Counted from the stretch's first letter, positions 49,395-59,770 are shown. The stretch: 64,000 nucleotides of DNA from an uncultured archaeon (GCA_964473825.1 CAYYQL010000001.1:224001-288000), one strand, 5' to 3'. Translations and numbers: made by a program. Notes: generated by a model from the sequence alone, not told the origin.

Positions 49395-49685
49395 TCACGA
49401 GGAGCGGATGCTTTCAGCCAAGTATAGCAAGGCAAATGTCATGGTGACCATGCCTACTGCAACAACCACAATCAAGTATAGCAAGAGGTATTGAACACCG
49501 AGCATATGTGCCTCCCGGACTGCAAATAGAACCAAGACAATCAATGCAACCATACCACAGACTGCGAAATCGCGCATGACGGTCTTGTTCTGTTGAGAGC
49601 CGTCGGCTTCGCTCTCCCTACCTGATGAAACTTCACTACTCAATAAAACTCGCCCTGGCAGCACTGGAGTGGACTCTCGATACAA
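49395..49685 (-). CDS. Small two-TM hypothetical protein
   Basis: Two hydrophobic helices; start uncertain. Confidence 0.4.
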   Translation of the reverse strand: MYRESTPVLPGRVLLSSEVSSGRESEADGSQQNKTVMRDFAVCGMVALIVLVLFAVREAHMLGVQYLLLYLIVVVAVGMVTMTFALLYLAESIRSS

Positions 49686-49777
49686 GCTTGACGCAAGAAT
49701 CCCTGATGGAAGGCTGACGGATAGACACAGGTCAAAGTGTTATTCCTCGATCAGCAGTTCGGTACCAGCAAGACCTT

Positions 49778-52057
49778 TTGGCGGACGGTAATATCCAGAT
49801 ATTGCAAGGGAAGATTAGGACAGATGCTCAGTCAAACTTGATACCCTTGGAGCTAGGATATGATATCACTGCCGTAGGAGTGCTCCTTAGAGAGTTCGCA
49901 CAACCGGAGGGCCCACGGCTTCATAATAGATATGAATCCAGGCGGTTTCAGGACGACGATTATCAGGATATCATCGAGCAGTTCTGGTCGGCAATCTACC
50001 GCGACGATGAAAACACAGTGGAGGGACTGCTCCAAAGAGCAAGAGGACTGCATCTTGATATGACAGGCACTCTTCTTCAAGACCGGGGCATCCCAGAGCA
50101 GGGGCGTGCAGACACACTGCTGCGTCGACTAGGTGAGAACCACAGCCAGTATAGATGTGAAGTCGAAAAGGCTCTAGCATGGGACGAGTCGCTATTGGAC
50201 GTTCTACATGAGCAAGTCATCGTACCGCTGACGACTGCAGTATCAAATGCAAGGTCCAGCGAAGAACTATCACTTCGTTCCTTGAGAAAGGAAACGGGAT
50301 CATTCTATACCCCACCTGCGATAGCAAGATACATCTCCGGCCGGACACTCAGTTACTGGATCCAACACAAGACCGGACTCTCCCTTGCAGGTCGCAAACT
50401 CGATACCCTTGATGGGAGGGCTAAGGGTCGGGTGTTGCACGCACTGAGAAATGTCCGAATAGTCGATCCTGCGGTAGGAGCTGGTATCTTCTTGGTTGAG
50501 GCAGCCAATTGGCTTGTAGGCCTCAGACAGGCTCTCGATGACACACAAGCAGTATCAAACATCAAGTGGGAGATTGTGAGCGAGAACCTATACGGCGTTG
50601 ATATCCTCCCAGACTCTGTGGCTGCATCACGCCGACGACTAGCTCTCTGGGCATCATCGAACGAAAGGCCGCTCCATGAGGATCTGGCGGACAAGATGGT
50701 GAGTTCTATCAGGCAAGGTAACAGCATAGTGGGCCCAACTCCCAGAAGGGGTGAGCATTGTCAAGGCGGGCGCAAGCCAAACCAAGGTTTCAGCTGGGCA
50801 ACCAGCTTCCCTCAAGCATTCGCAAAGGGGGGCTTCGACATTCTCATTGGCAATCCACCATATGGTAACATTCTCTCTGACCCTGAAAAAGAATCTGTAG
50901 ACAAATCTTTGACATGGAACGTCACTGGGGGGAGATCGGGAACATGGAATGCGGCATCACTCTTCATGGTGAGAGGGAGGGAACTGCTGAATTCAGATGG
51001 ACATCTTGGTATGCTTCTCCCCAACAGCATTCTGAGAGTGGGCCAGTTCCAGAAGACGAGGGAGTTCATGCTTCGACACCTCGATGTCTTGGAGATTCGA
51101 GATGAAGGCAGCCCCATCGATGACATCACGCTAGAGCTGTTCAGCCTCATTGCCTGTGTGCCTCAATCCCGACGCATCCAAGATGTGTTGATTAGATCCA
51201 GAAGAGACGGAATTGAGAGAGAGAACATGGTGGCCATCGCCAGATTCCATGAGTCGGATATCATCGTGCTCTATCATGATGAGATTCTGGACCTAGCTCG
51301 AAGAAGAGGTAGGACGCACCTCCTGAGCGCTTCACGGGGTAGGGACATCCCATCGACTCATGTAAGAAAGACACCCGATGACACCTTCTCTGTCCCCTAC
51401 GCGACAAGTGGTCGCAGCATCCGACGCTATCATCTTGACAAGGCCTATCTCAAGTATGCAGATGCTTGGTTCAAGGGAGATACAGCCCTCACAGAGTCGT
51501 ACGAAAATGCATTCCTTGCGGCCACAAAGAACTTGGCATACCCAAGAGTCATTCTCAAGCCCGAAGGGATCATTCACGGTGGTGGTATTGTGAAGGTCGA
51601 AATACACGACTCGCAGCTCTCCCCGGCCGCCGTGGGCATGGTCCTGAACTCCACCATGGTGAGATACCTCTGTATCCGATACCTGACCAACTACTCAGAA
51701 CTTACTACCTGCCTCAATACTGGCATAATGGATGAACTACCGGTCGTCGTTCCTGAGTGTCAGAAAGTATGTGGTCTGGTCTTTGGTGAACTTCAGAGGA
51801 GATACTTCAACGGGCAGACAGAGGATCTCGTCACCCGCAATCTCGATACCCTGGCTGATGCACTCGTCTATGAGGCATATTTCTTGGATGACCCCCATCT
51901 AGCCCGCGCGGCCTCTCAGGTTCTGGATAGACGGACTCCGGTTCAGACTCAGCAGAAAGTGGTAATTGACATCGCGAGAGCAACATCCAACATCGTGTCA
52001 GAGATTATGGAGTCAGACTGGGTCAAGGCCATTGAGAGTTCTCCACGGATGGCATGA
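49778..52057 (+). CDS. N6-adenine DNA methyltransferase (gamma class, Eco57I/TaqI-like) with target recognition domain
   Basis: GSFYTP, DPAVGAGIFL, LYGVDI, FDILIGNPPYG, MLLPNS. Confidence 0.9.
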   Translation: MADGNIQILQGKIRTDAQSNLIPLELGYDITAVGVLLREFAQPEGPRLHNRYESRRFQDDDYQDIIEQFWSAIYRDDENTVEGLLQRARGLHLDMTGTLLQDRGIPEQGRADTLLRRLGENHSQYRCEVEKALAWDESLLDVLHEQVIVPLTTAVSNARSSEELSLRSLRKETGSFYTPPAIARYISGRTLSYWIQHKTGLSLAGRKLDTLDGRAKGRVLHALRNVRIVDPAVGAGIFLVEAANWLVGLRQALDDTQAVSNIKWEIVSENLYGVDILPDSVAASRRRLALWASSNERPLHEDLADKMVSSIRQGNSIVGPTPRRGEHCQGGRKPNQGFSWATSFPQAFAKGGFDILIGNPPYGNILSDPEKESVDKSLTWNVTGGRSGTWNAASLFMVRGRELLNSDGHLGMLLPNSILRVGQFQKTREFMLRHLDVLEIRDEGSPIDDITLELFSLIACVPQSRRIQDVLIRSRRDGIERENMVAIARFHESDIIVLYHDEILDLARRRGRTHLLSASRGRDIPSTHVRKTPDDTFSVPYATSGRSIRRYHLDKAYLKYADAWFKGDTALTESYENAFLAATKNLAYPRVILKPEGIIHGGGIVKVEIHDSQLSPAAVGMVLNSTMVRYLCIRYLTNYSELTTCLNTGIMDELPVVVPECQKVCGLVFGELQRRYFNGQTEDLVTRNLDTLADALVYEAYFLDDPHLARAASQVLDRRTPVQTQQKVVIDIARATSNIVSEIMESDWVKAIESSPRMA

Positions 52058-52115
52058 GAATCACGCAGACACTGAAGCTTAAATACTACTGAGAAGAGTC
52101 GCCGACTGAGAAGCG

Positions 52116-52703
52116 ATGGCTGAGAACAACGAGTCACATTCCGAATCTTCAGAGATGGCAGATGATATCATCAGAGCCGTGGAGTACGAAGAGGAAGACG
52201 GTCTCACGGAACGAGAACGAGAGATTGAACGTGAGAAAGAGGAGGAACGGATTCGGAAGGCCAAGGAACTCAAGAAGCAACTCAGGAAACGCGAGCTGGG
52301 GCTTCTGCACTACAGGTGGCCAGCGGGGATTCTTGTCCTGGCGGGGATTCTAGCTATTCTAACAGAATTTGGTCAAGTGATGACTCGTCCTCCAGAAATT
52401 GGTTTCGATAGTTTTCTCCATGGATTCTCGATGACAGGAAACGTATTCTTTCTCTTCCCCATAATCGCTGGAGCTCTATTCATTCTCTGTGGAGTCTGGG
52501 CCTATTCAGATCCCAGAGCTACCTTTGCATCACTAGTCCCCGGAGCACTGATGGCCATGGCTGGTACGACTGTCTACATGTTGGTAGAATTTGCTCTGGT
52601 GGCCAATCCAGATGCGGAAGTGGCAACCACGAATATACCGCTTAGTATGCTGATTGTGGCTGCCCTTTCAGTGCTGGCCATTCTCATGCGAGAAAAGGAA
52701 TAG
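52116..52703 (+). CDS. Membrane protein: charged coiled-coil N-terminus plus 4 TM
   Basis: E/R/K-rich first 60 aa followed by hydrophobic helices. Confidence 0.78.
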   Translation: MAENNESHSESSEMADDIIRAVEYEEEDGLTEREREIEREKEEERIRKAKELKKQLRKRELGLLHYRWPAGILVLAGILAILTEFGQVMTRPPEIGFDSFLHGFSMTGNVFFLFPIIAGALFILCGVWAYSDPRATFASLVPGALMAMAGTTVYMLVEFALVANPDAEVATTNIPLSMLIVAALSVLAILMREKE

Positions 52704-52722
52704 GAAGCACCTGCCGCACCCG

Positions 52723-53289
52723 TCACCTGATGTAGTCATCGAGTATTCCTTTCTCTTCGAGAAAATCCATCCAGTCAATACGTTTTATCGGTTCGTCAGA
52801 GTCAAGGAAGCTTACAATCAGTTTCACTGCCTCTTCAGGAGACATATCAGAAGTGTCTATTTCAAACACAAATTCCTCCCCAAATGAATCAAGAGCGTCC
52901 AGTTGACATACACCGAATACCTCGGCCTCTACGTTCTCAGCTATCTTCGGCTCAGAATACCCTCTTGAACGAAGACGCTCTCTCAAGATGTCAGGATGGG
53001 TTCGCAGTATGACTGTGAAGTCAAGGGATGACCAAGGAACAAGATCTACATAGTGGCCTTCAATTATCAGATCATCCTGTCGCTCATATAGGACATCCAT
53101 AAGCGCTTCAACGAGACAGTCTTCATCTATGATAGTTGTGTCACGCTCCAGGTCTTCTTCCGTGATGCACCCTGCTTCGATAGCAACATCTCCGAGGTTG
53201 ATCACTTCTCTTCCGAGTGCTTTGCCCAACTGTTCCGCGATTGTCGTCTTGCCTGTGCAGGGTGTTCCGCCAATAGCAATGATTTTCAT
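52723..53289 (-). CDS. Atypical adenylate kinase, AK6/Fap7 family
   Basis: GGTPCTGKTT, IIEGHY, RLRSRGYSEPKIAENVEAE. Confidence 0.9.
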   Translation of the reverse strand: MKIIAIGGTPCTGKTTIAEQLGKALGREVINLGDVAIEAGCITEEDLERDTTIIDEDCLVEALMDVLYERQDDLIIEGHYVDLVPWSSLDFTVILRTHPDILRERLRSRGYSEPKIAENVEAEVFGVCQLDALDSFGEEFVFEIDTSDMSPEEAVKLIVSFLDSDEPIKRIDWMDFLEEKGILDDYIR

Positions 53290-53416
53290 AGTCGATATCT
53301 ATCCTCCCTGAGTTCTTAGCAGAACTAGTTGTGTGAAAAAGTAAACGGTACGAACAAGAAGACTGAGGGTCCAAACCAAAGCTATTTCACCTAAGGATTG
53401 TTAGTAAGTACAGAGG

Positions 53417-54169
53417 ATGAAATCTGTGTACTCAAAGCCACCAACATTGCTGCCGTTTATGCTGTTCATAGTGACACTTGCAGCCGCAGTTATGCTTTGG
53501 TGGACGAACACTGTCCTATCCATGATTCTGGTGATTCTTGGACTCTCATCTCTTGTTTTTGGGTTCTGCCAGGGGTTAGACCTACTGGCCGTCGAACAGA
53601 AAGCTAGAGAGTCTCAGCATAAAACTGTCTATTCCACGCGATACCTCGACCAGTTCATGCAGGACCTTTCAGAACGGATGGAGAGGGACCTGGCAGAAGC
53701 GGCAGAAGAGGAACAGAGAGTATCACTGGCCGAAGGAATCGAGACATTGGAGAACGGCTCAGAGGATATTCACAGGATACCCCCCTCGGTCATCAACGGA
53801 ATCGGTCGAGAATACTCAGACAAACTCGCAAGTCTTGGCATAACTAGAATTGAGCAGCTTGCAGATGCGAATCCAGAGATGGTAGCTGACCACTGCCGTG
53901 TCAATCTGGAGGAAGCGGAGGATTGGGTCTTTGATGCTGCGGCGATTGTCCATGGAGCCAGAATATCAAGTATCATAGAACTGTCTATGTCTGTTCCCGA
54001 GGAGATACTTGAAAGAATCGACAGGTCTCTCCGAGAGGGAAAGCTTGACCTTCCAGATGACTATGAGGTCTCCATGTGGAGTGTTCGACAATGGATAGAG
54101 GGGGCGAATAGAGCAATCACTGGAAAAGGTTCTGAAGACATGGAGAGATGGTGGCGACGAAGGCCATAG
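53417..54169 (+). CDS. Membrane-anchored HhH (DUF4332-like) protein
   Basis: Two N-terminal TM helices; INGIGREYSDKLASLGITRIEQLA. Confidence 0.72.
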   Translation: MKSVYSKPPTLLPFMLFIVTLAAAVMLWWTNTVLSMILVILGLSSLVFGFCQGLDLLAVEQKARESQHKTVYSTRYLDQFMQDLSERMERDLAEAAEEEQRVSLAEGIETLENGSEDIHRIPPSVINGIGREYSDKLASLGITRIEQLADANPEMVADHCRVNLEEAEDWVFDAAAIVHGARISSIIELSMSVPEEILERIDRSLREGKLDLPDDYEVSMWSVRQWIEGANRAITGKGSEDMERWWRRRP

Positions 54170-54264
54170 AAGCTAGACCCCTTCCCAGACTCATTACGCA
54201 TGATTTTGGCACAATCCATAAAAGAGGACCGAAATGCTGAGTTCGAAACGCAGCTGAGCAGGAA

Positions 54265-54774
54265 ATGATTCAAGTGACTAAGGACTGGGTCATCCGTCAG
54301 TTCCAAGAGGAAGACCTCCCGAGTGTTGTTCAGATAAATCGTGAGTGTCTGCCTGAGAACTATCCAGACCGGTTCTTCTTGGGTCTGCACTACCACGCAC
54401 CCAAAGCATTTCTTGTGGCAGAGAAGGATGACACCGTCGTTGGATACATGATGTCTAGAATCGAGAGGGGCATCTCGAGTTTCGGGAGGCTTCCCACCAA
54501 AAAGGGACATATTGTTTCTGTGGCAGTCTTGCCGGAATTTCGACATCTTGGGATCGGTACTGACCTCGTAGAGCACGGAATCGAAGGAATGGTTGAGTAC
54601 GGTGCCTCAGAGTTCTTTCTAGAGGTGCGAAACACAAACAAAGCCGCAATCTCAGTCTACGAGAACCTTGGATTTGAAGTAAAGAGAGTACTCAAAGGAT
54701 ACTACAGAGACGGCGAAGACGCCTACTTGATGGTGAAGGAATATGATCAGCCTTCGGAGGATGGCTCCGATTGA
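54265..54774 (+). CDS. ard1: N-terminal protein acetyltransferase (Ard1/RimI)
   Basis: INRECLPENY, KGHIVSVAV, LEVRNTN, YYRDGEDAY. Confidence 0.92.
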   Translation: MIQVTKDWVIRQFQEEDLPSVVQINRECLPENYPDRFFLGLHYHAPKAFLVAEKDDTVVGYMMSRIERGISSFGRLPTKKGHIVSVAVLPEFRHLGIGTDLVEHGIEGMVEYGASEFFLEVRNTNKAAISVYENLGFEVKRVLKGYYRDGEDAYLMVKEYDQPSEDGSD

Positions 54775-55694
54775 GCAACACAGAGATTGACGTCCCACTT
54801 ATTCCTGAGTGCTCTGCCTGCATTGTGCAAAGTCTTCAGACCCTGATATCAAATCTAACTGAAGATAAGGATCAGCAGTTCGCACTCTATAGCCACGCAC
54901 TCAGAAGGCTATCAGAGGGTTACGAGAAACGGGTCAGACCGCATCCTCTCTCAGTAAGCATCTATCAAGAACTCTATGAACGGGGCGAAGCAACGGGCGA
55001 TCCCTATCACGATATCAAGGTAGCCAGCAATCTTGCCGCAGCCAAGGCCCTCCCGTCCATCCAAAGCGTTGTTGAGCAATATCAGGGATACCAAAGACTG
55101 AGAGCTGCAGTCATGGCATCCATAGCGGGCAATCTCATAGACTTCAATACTGCGGCCCATAAGCCCCAGCTGGATGAGCTCGAGGACGACTTTCTAAGGA
55201 TGCTCAAGGAGGGATTCAGCCCAGATGACTCAAGAGAACTGTATGAATTGATTGTAGATTCTGACGGTCGTGTGGTCTATCTTGCCGATAATGTAGGTGA
55301 GACCTTACTTGACATACCAGTGCTTAGATTTCTTGCGGCACATGGCTGGAAGACAACCTACGTTGTAAAGGGCAAAGCGATGGTGAATGACGCAACACGT
55401 GATGACGTTGTGGGTACCGAAATCGAGCAGCTTGCAGAGATAGCAGACACCGGTGCCTGGGCGCACGGTGTACCTCGTGGTCTTGTAAGTGACGAGTTCA
55501 TGGACACTGTCCAATCAGCTGATCTTGTGATTAGCAAGGGACAAGCCAACATCGAAACCTTCCCGGAGATTCAAGACCAGATGGGAGTTGAAACCTTCTA
55601 TATCACCAGAGCAAAGTGTTCTCATATCGCTCAAGCAGTGGGAACGCATAAGGGCGCTAATGTCGTACTCTATAGAATCGGTCCAAATGACTGA
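54771..55694 (+). CDS. ARMT1/DUF89 damage-control phosphatase
   Basis: ECSAC, DPY, GNLIDF, ADNVGE, NDAT, SKGQANIE, KC. Confidence 0.9.
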   Translation: MSNTEIDVPLIPECSACIVQSLQTLISNLTEDKDQQFALYSHALRRLSEGYEKRVRPHPLSVSIYQELYERGEATGDPYHDIKVASNLAAAKALPSIQSVVEQYQGYQRLRAAVMASIAGNLIDFNTAAHKPQLDELEDDFLRMLKEGFSPDDSRELYELIVDSDGRVVYLADNVGETLLDIPVLRFLAAHGWKTTYVVKGKAMVNDATRDDVVGTEIEQLAEIADTGAWAHGVPRGLVSDEFMDTVQSADLVISKGQANIETFPEIQDQMGVETFYITRAKCSHIAQAVGTHKGANVVLYRIGPND

Positions 55695-55839
55695 CAGTTG
55701 ACAAGCTTTTTATGTTCATGAAATCGCGTTTCGATTGGCCGGAAGACATCTAAGACAAGCTTTAAATGGGCAAAATATGCCGAAGTCCATGTACAGTTTT
55801 GTCACATTAGTTAATACACTAAGTGGAGGAAACTAGAAG

Positions 55840-57471
55840 ATGAGTCAAGTACCAATAATCGTACTCAGGGAAGACACTGAGAGGACGCGGGGTCGTGATG
55901 CTCAAAGAAACAACATCATGGCTGCTGTCGTCATCGCGGAGGCTGTAAAGTCTTCGCTAGGACCGAAAGGAATGGACAAGATGCTTGTTGACAGCTTTGG
56001 TGATGTCACCGTCAGCAACGACGGCGCCACAATCCTGAAAGAGATGGATGTGGCCCATCCTGCTGCGAAGATGGTCATCGAGGTGTCAAAGACAGTCGAC
56101 GATGAAGTGGGAGATGGTACCACAACCGCTGCTGTTCTAACAGGCGAGCTACTCAAGAATGCAGAGGAGCTTCTTGACCAGAAGATTCACCCGACAACTA
56201 TAATCTCAGGTTACAGGAAAGCAGCCGAACAATCGGCAGCAATACTGGATGAGATAGCAGAGAAGGTTGATACAACAAAGGCCGCCGCCTACAAGAAAAC
56301 CCTGCGCGATGTTGCGACTACCGCAATGTCAAGCAAGTTTATCTCAGGCAATAAGGAAGCCCTCGCAGAAGTTGTTGTGGACGCAATTCTTGCACTTGCC
56401 AAGGGGAAGCAGGAGGGCGAGGAGATTGACATCGAGGATATCCCCCGTCAGAAGCAAGTGGGATTGCGGGTGACAGACACTGCCCTTGTCAAAGGTCTTG
56501 TCTTGGACAAGGAAGTTGTTCACCCAGGTATGCCGAAGAAGGTTGAAGGCGCCAAGATTGCACTCTTTGAATGTCCTCTTGAGATCTCAAAGACAGAATA
56601 CGACGCTAAGATATCAATTTCAGATCCATCTTCGATGCAGGTCTTTCTCGATGAAGAGGAGAAGATGCTCAAGAATATGGTTGACAAAATCGTTGAAGTG
56701 GGTGCAAATGTGGTCATTGCCCAGAAGGGTATCGACGATGTTGTCCAGCACTACCTCGCGAAGAACGGCATTATGGCAGTGAGAAGAATCAAGAAATCCG
56801 ATGTCGAAAGACTACACAAGACAACTGGAGCATCTATTGTGTCCAAGATTGCAAACTTGACCGTGAGCGATCTTGGAAAGGCGAAACTTGTCGAGCAGCG
56901 GAGAATTGGCGATGACAAGATGCTGTTTATTGAAGGCACTCCGAAATCGACAGTTGTCACTCTTCTTGTGAGAGGTGGAACAGACCACGTTGTTGATGAA
57001 GTGGACCGTGCACTGAATGATGCGCTCTACGTCGTCAAGGATGTGGTGAATCATCCGTACATCTTGTACGGTGGCGGTGCCTTAGAGAGCGAGCTGGCGA
57101 TGAAAATCCGAGACTACGCCTCTTCCCTTGAGGGTCGTGAGCAGTATGCAGCGAACGCCTTTGCTGACGCCGTAGAATCAATACCGGCCACGTTGGCAGA
57201 GAATGGTGGCTTGGATCCGATAGACATTCTCGTATCACTTAGGTCAGCCCACACCGAAGGAAAGACGACCTATGGTGTTAACCTGGTCACAGGGAAAGTT
57301 GGCGATATGAAAAAGAGTCGTATCATCGAACCTGCTGTTGTGAAGAAGCAGGTCATTGCATCCGCATCAGAGGCTGCCCAGATGTTGCTGAAAATTGATG
57401 ATGTCATCAGCTCAAAGGGCGGAGGCATGCCTGGAGGCCCAGGTGGCGAAGGCGACTTCGACGAAGAATAG
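55840..57471 (+). CDS. ths: Thermosome (group II chaperonin) subunit
   Basis: [35 protein letters not shown] tail. Confidence 0.97.
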   Translation: MSQVPIIVLREDTERTRGRDAQRNNIMAAVVIAEAVKSSLGPKGMDKMLVDSFGDVTVSNDGATILKEMDVAHPAAKMVIEVSKTVDDEVGDGTTTAAVLTGELLKNAEELLDQKIHPTTIISGYRKAAEQSAAILDEIAEKVDTTKAAAYKKTLRDVATTAMSSKFISGNKEALAEVVVDAILALAKGKQEGEEIDIEDIPRQKQVGLRVTDTALVKGLVLDKEVVHPGMPKKVEGAKIALFECPLEISKTEYDAKISISDPSSMQVFLDEEEKMLKNMVDKIVEVGANVVIAQKGIDDVVQHYLAKNGIMAVRRIKKSDVERLHKTTGASIVSKIANLTVSDLGKAKLVEQRRIGDDKMLFIEGTPKSTVVTLLVRGGTDHVVDEVDRALNDALYVVKDVVNHPYILYGGGALESELAMKIRDYASSLEGREQYAANAFADAVESIPATLAENGGLDPIDILVSLRSAHTEGKTTYGVNLVTGKVGDMKKSRIIEPAVVKKQVIASASEAAQMLLKIDDVISSKGGGMPGGPGGEGDFDEE

Positions 57472-57506
57472 AAAGACAGAACAGGACAGGCTCGTAGGTG
57501 TAGCTC

Positions 57507-58178
57507 ATGTACCAAGACCCCTCGAAAATAATAAAAAAGAAGCGAAAACCCAAGCTTGAGCAGCTGGAGAACATCAAGCTTGTACTCACCTTCATACAAG
57601 GAATCGGACCCAAGACCTCAGACAAGATGATTGAGGCTGGGTACGACACTGTTGAGAAGGTGATGGAAGCCTCTTCAGAAGAGATGGCTGAGGCAGTCAG
57701 CGGACTGAGTGTTTCCAAGGCAAAGTCAGTTATTGAAGAAACCAAGGAGATCAAGGAGCAGGTCGAGGCTGCAAAGCTCGATCTCAAGAAGGCTCGAAGG
57801 GGTCGAAGGCGCAAGGTTGTTGACGAAGAACCAGACAGTTATGGGCTCCCTCCTGCGGGAGCGATAGAGCACGAAATTGAGAGAACAAACCTGAAGACGG
57901 GGCATGAGAAAGATAACGAGAGACTCGGTATTCCAATCGGCCCCAAATGGCTCACCAGATTCGAGAAGGCGCGAGTCATAGGGGCGAGGGCTCTTCAGAT
58001 ATCGATGGGAGCCCCTACACTCCTCAGCATGGACAAGGGGCCCGCTGAGCTTTTTGCCTTTGCCGAAATGGAGCTTAGGGCTGGTGTTCTGCCCATGACC
58101 GTCAGACGCTCTGCTCCCACGGGCGAAATAGCTGATATCGCCCTTTCTGTCCTATTGGGACACACCCGGCTGGATTAA
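57507..58178 (+). CDS. rpo6: RNA polymerase subunit Rpo6 (K) with N-terminal HhH domain
   Basis: C-terminal LTRFEKARVIGARALQISMGAP..LPMTVRR; N-terminal IQGIGPKTSDKMIEAGYDTVE..VSGLSVSKA. Confidence 0.88.
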   Translation: MYQDPSKIIKKKRKPKLEQLENIKLVLTFIQGIGPKTSDKMIEAGYDTVEKVMEASSEEMAEAVSGLSVSKAKSVIEETKEIKEQVEAAKLDLKKARRGRRRKVVDEEPDSYGLPPAGAIEHEIERTNLKTGHEKDNERLGIPIGPKWLTRFEKARVIGARALQISMGAPTLLSMDKGPAELFAFAEMELRAGVLPMTVRRSAPTGEIADIALSVLLGHTRLD

Positions 58179-58202
58179 TTCCAGCCTGCCTCTTTTCTTT
58201 TT
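58168..58202 (+). terminator. Hairpin plus U-tract terminator
   Basis: GGCTGGA-TTAAT-TCCAGCC then TCTTTTCTTTTT. Confidence 0.55.
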
Positions 58203-58238
58203 GCTGATTCTAAATATGCTATATGATAAGCGATTAAC

Positions 58239-58378
58239 GGCTCTGTAAAATAACTCTCATATTGTTCACGAAATGAATTCTGTGAACAACGAAATGGGTC
58301 TCTTCTGATAGTTTTGAGTTGCTCCATACAAGTTTTCCTTTATCTAAGCCATGTGAACTCGATTTATTTTACAGGGCC
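58239..58378. mobile_element. 140-bp MITE, IS5 family IS903-group-like
   Basis: 18-bp terminal inverted repeats GGCTCTGTAAAATAACTC and GGCCCTGTAAAATAAATC (16/18 identical); perfect 9-bp direct repeat GCGATTAAC at 58230-58238 and 58379-58387. Confidence 0.88.
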
Positions 58379-58441
58379 GCGATTAACACAATGCCTAAAT
58401 GTATGAAGCAACAATGCTGATGGTCTGGACAGTGTTATGTC

Positions 58442-59770
58442 TTGCAGGAAATCTTACTAAGCCCAGATCTCGTCATTAGGTGTTTGATTGGCTTCGCAGT
58501 CGGAGCTCTCATCGGACTTGAGCGACAGAAGAGAATGACTGAGGAGTCATCCATAGGAGTGAGGTCTTTTGGGCTTCATAGTCTCTTTGGTATGCTTGGA
58601 GCCTATACATATACAGTCACGGCAAATCCAGTTGTCTTGGTCTATTCTGTCGCGATATCTATAATTCTAGTCATGACCCACATCATCTACAAGATTTTCC
58701 GAACCATGCGCAAGGGGATGACGACCTCCATAGTCTTTGCTCTGTCTTTCATCTTGGGCACACTTGTTGGGCTGGACTCGGCACCCGTACCTCCCGAAGT
58801 CATCGGCCCTCTATCAGTTCTCTCGATGACAGTATCATTCCTTGTCTTTCTGGTTCTGTCTTTCAAGCAAGAACTGTCTGAGGCAGTCGAGATCATCACC
58901 CGAGAAGAAATGATCAGTGCTGTCGAACTGGGAGTGCTCATCCTGTTCTTGTGGCCTCTGATTCCACAGACTGTCCAGATAGGAGCTGTTGCCTTTCCAC
59001 TCTTTGAAACCTATCTCCTAATCGTTGTCCTATTGTCAATTAGCTTCGCCAATTACATACTGGTGAAGAAGTTCAAAGACCGCGGGCCCTATTTCTTCGG
59101 CTTCTTCGGAGGGTTCGCTAATAGTGAAGCAACGGTTTCGTCCCTGACGGACTTCCATGTGCAGACGGAGTCAAGATACACGGGGAAGATTTCACTATCT
59201 GTGATATTTGCAAACCTTGCCATGGTTCTTAGAAATGGGTTCATCATAATCTTGTTTGACAGAGAGTTACAAATCATGCAGTACTTCCTCGTTCCTCTCG
59301 CCATCCTATTCATCATGGGACTCGTCCGAATGTACTATGAGAGGAGAACGGCTCATGAAGAAGAAAAACAGGAGATGAGTGCTCGATTGGTTTCGCCTTT
59401 CGAGTTTGGTGCAGCCATTCGGTTCGCCGTTATTTTCACCGCAGTTTCACTCGCCTCTCTCTTCTTACAGGAATTCTTTAGTGAATGGGGTCTTGTGGCA
59501 GCGGCGTTTATTGGGGGATTTGCTTCAGCAGGAGCAGTTGTGGCAGTCGCAAGCCAGGCCTTTGCAGCAGGCACAGTCAGCCTGTCAACGGCTGTCTACG
59601 CTGTGATTATAGCAACTACAACATCAGTGTTCAACAAGATTGTATACGTCGCCGCGGGTGATCGAGACAGTAACCTTCTCCGACGAGTATCGAGAGATGC
59701 CATTCTCATGGCAGCCGGAGTTGTGCTCTACCTCATCCTTCTGATAGTGGGTTTCATCCCAGTAACATGA
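58442..59770 (+). CDS. MgtC/SapB-family membrane protein with DUF4010
   Basis: GALIGLERQ, GVRSF, GMTT, GFFGGFANSEAT, PFEFGAAIRFA. Confidence 0.88.
   Translation: MQEILLSPDLVIRCLIGFAVGALIGLERQKRMTEESSIGVRSFGLHSLFGMLGAYTYTVTANPVVLVYSVAISIILVMTHIIYKIFRTMRKGMTTSIVFALSFILGTLVGLDSAPVPPEVIGPLSVLSMTVSFLVFLVLSFKQELSEAVEIITREEMISAVELGVLILFLWPLIPQTVQIGAVAFPLFETYLLIVVLLSISFANYILVKKFKDRGPYFFGFFGGFANSEATVSSLTDFHVQTESRYTGKISLSVIFANLAMVLRNGFIIILFDRELQIMQYFLVPLAILFIMGLVRMYYERRTAHEEEKQEMSARLVSPFEFGAAIRFAVIFTAVSLASLFLQEFFSEWGLVAAAFIGGFASAGAVVAVASQAFAAGTVSLSTAVYAVIIATTTSVFNKIVYVAAGDRDSNLLRRVSRDAILMAAGVVLYLILLIVGFIPVT

Noticed and set aside
49778-52057. Defence island or provirus around the methyltransferase
   Set aside because: No integrase, nuclease, att repeats or viral genes; the flanks are ordinary chromosomal genes.
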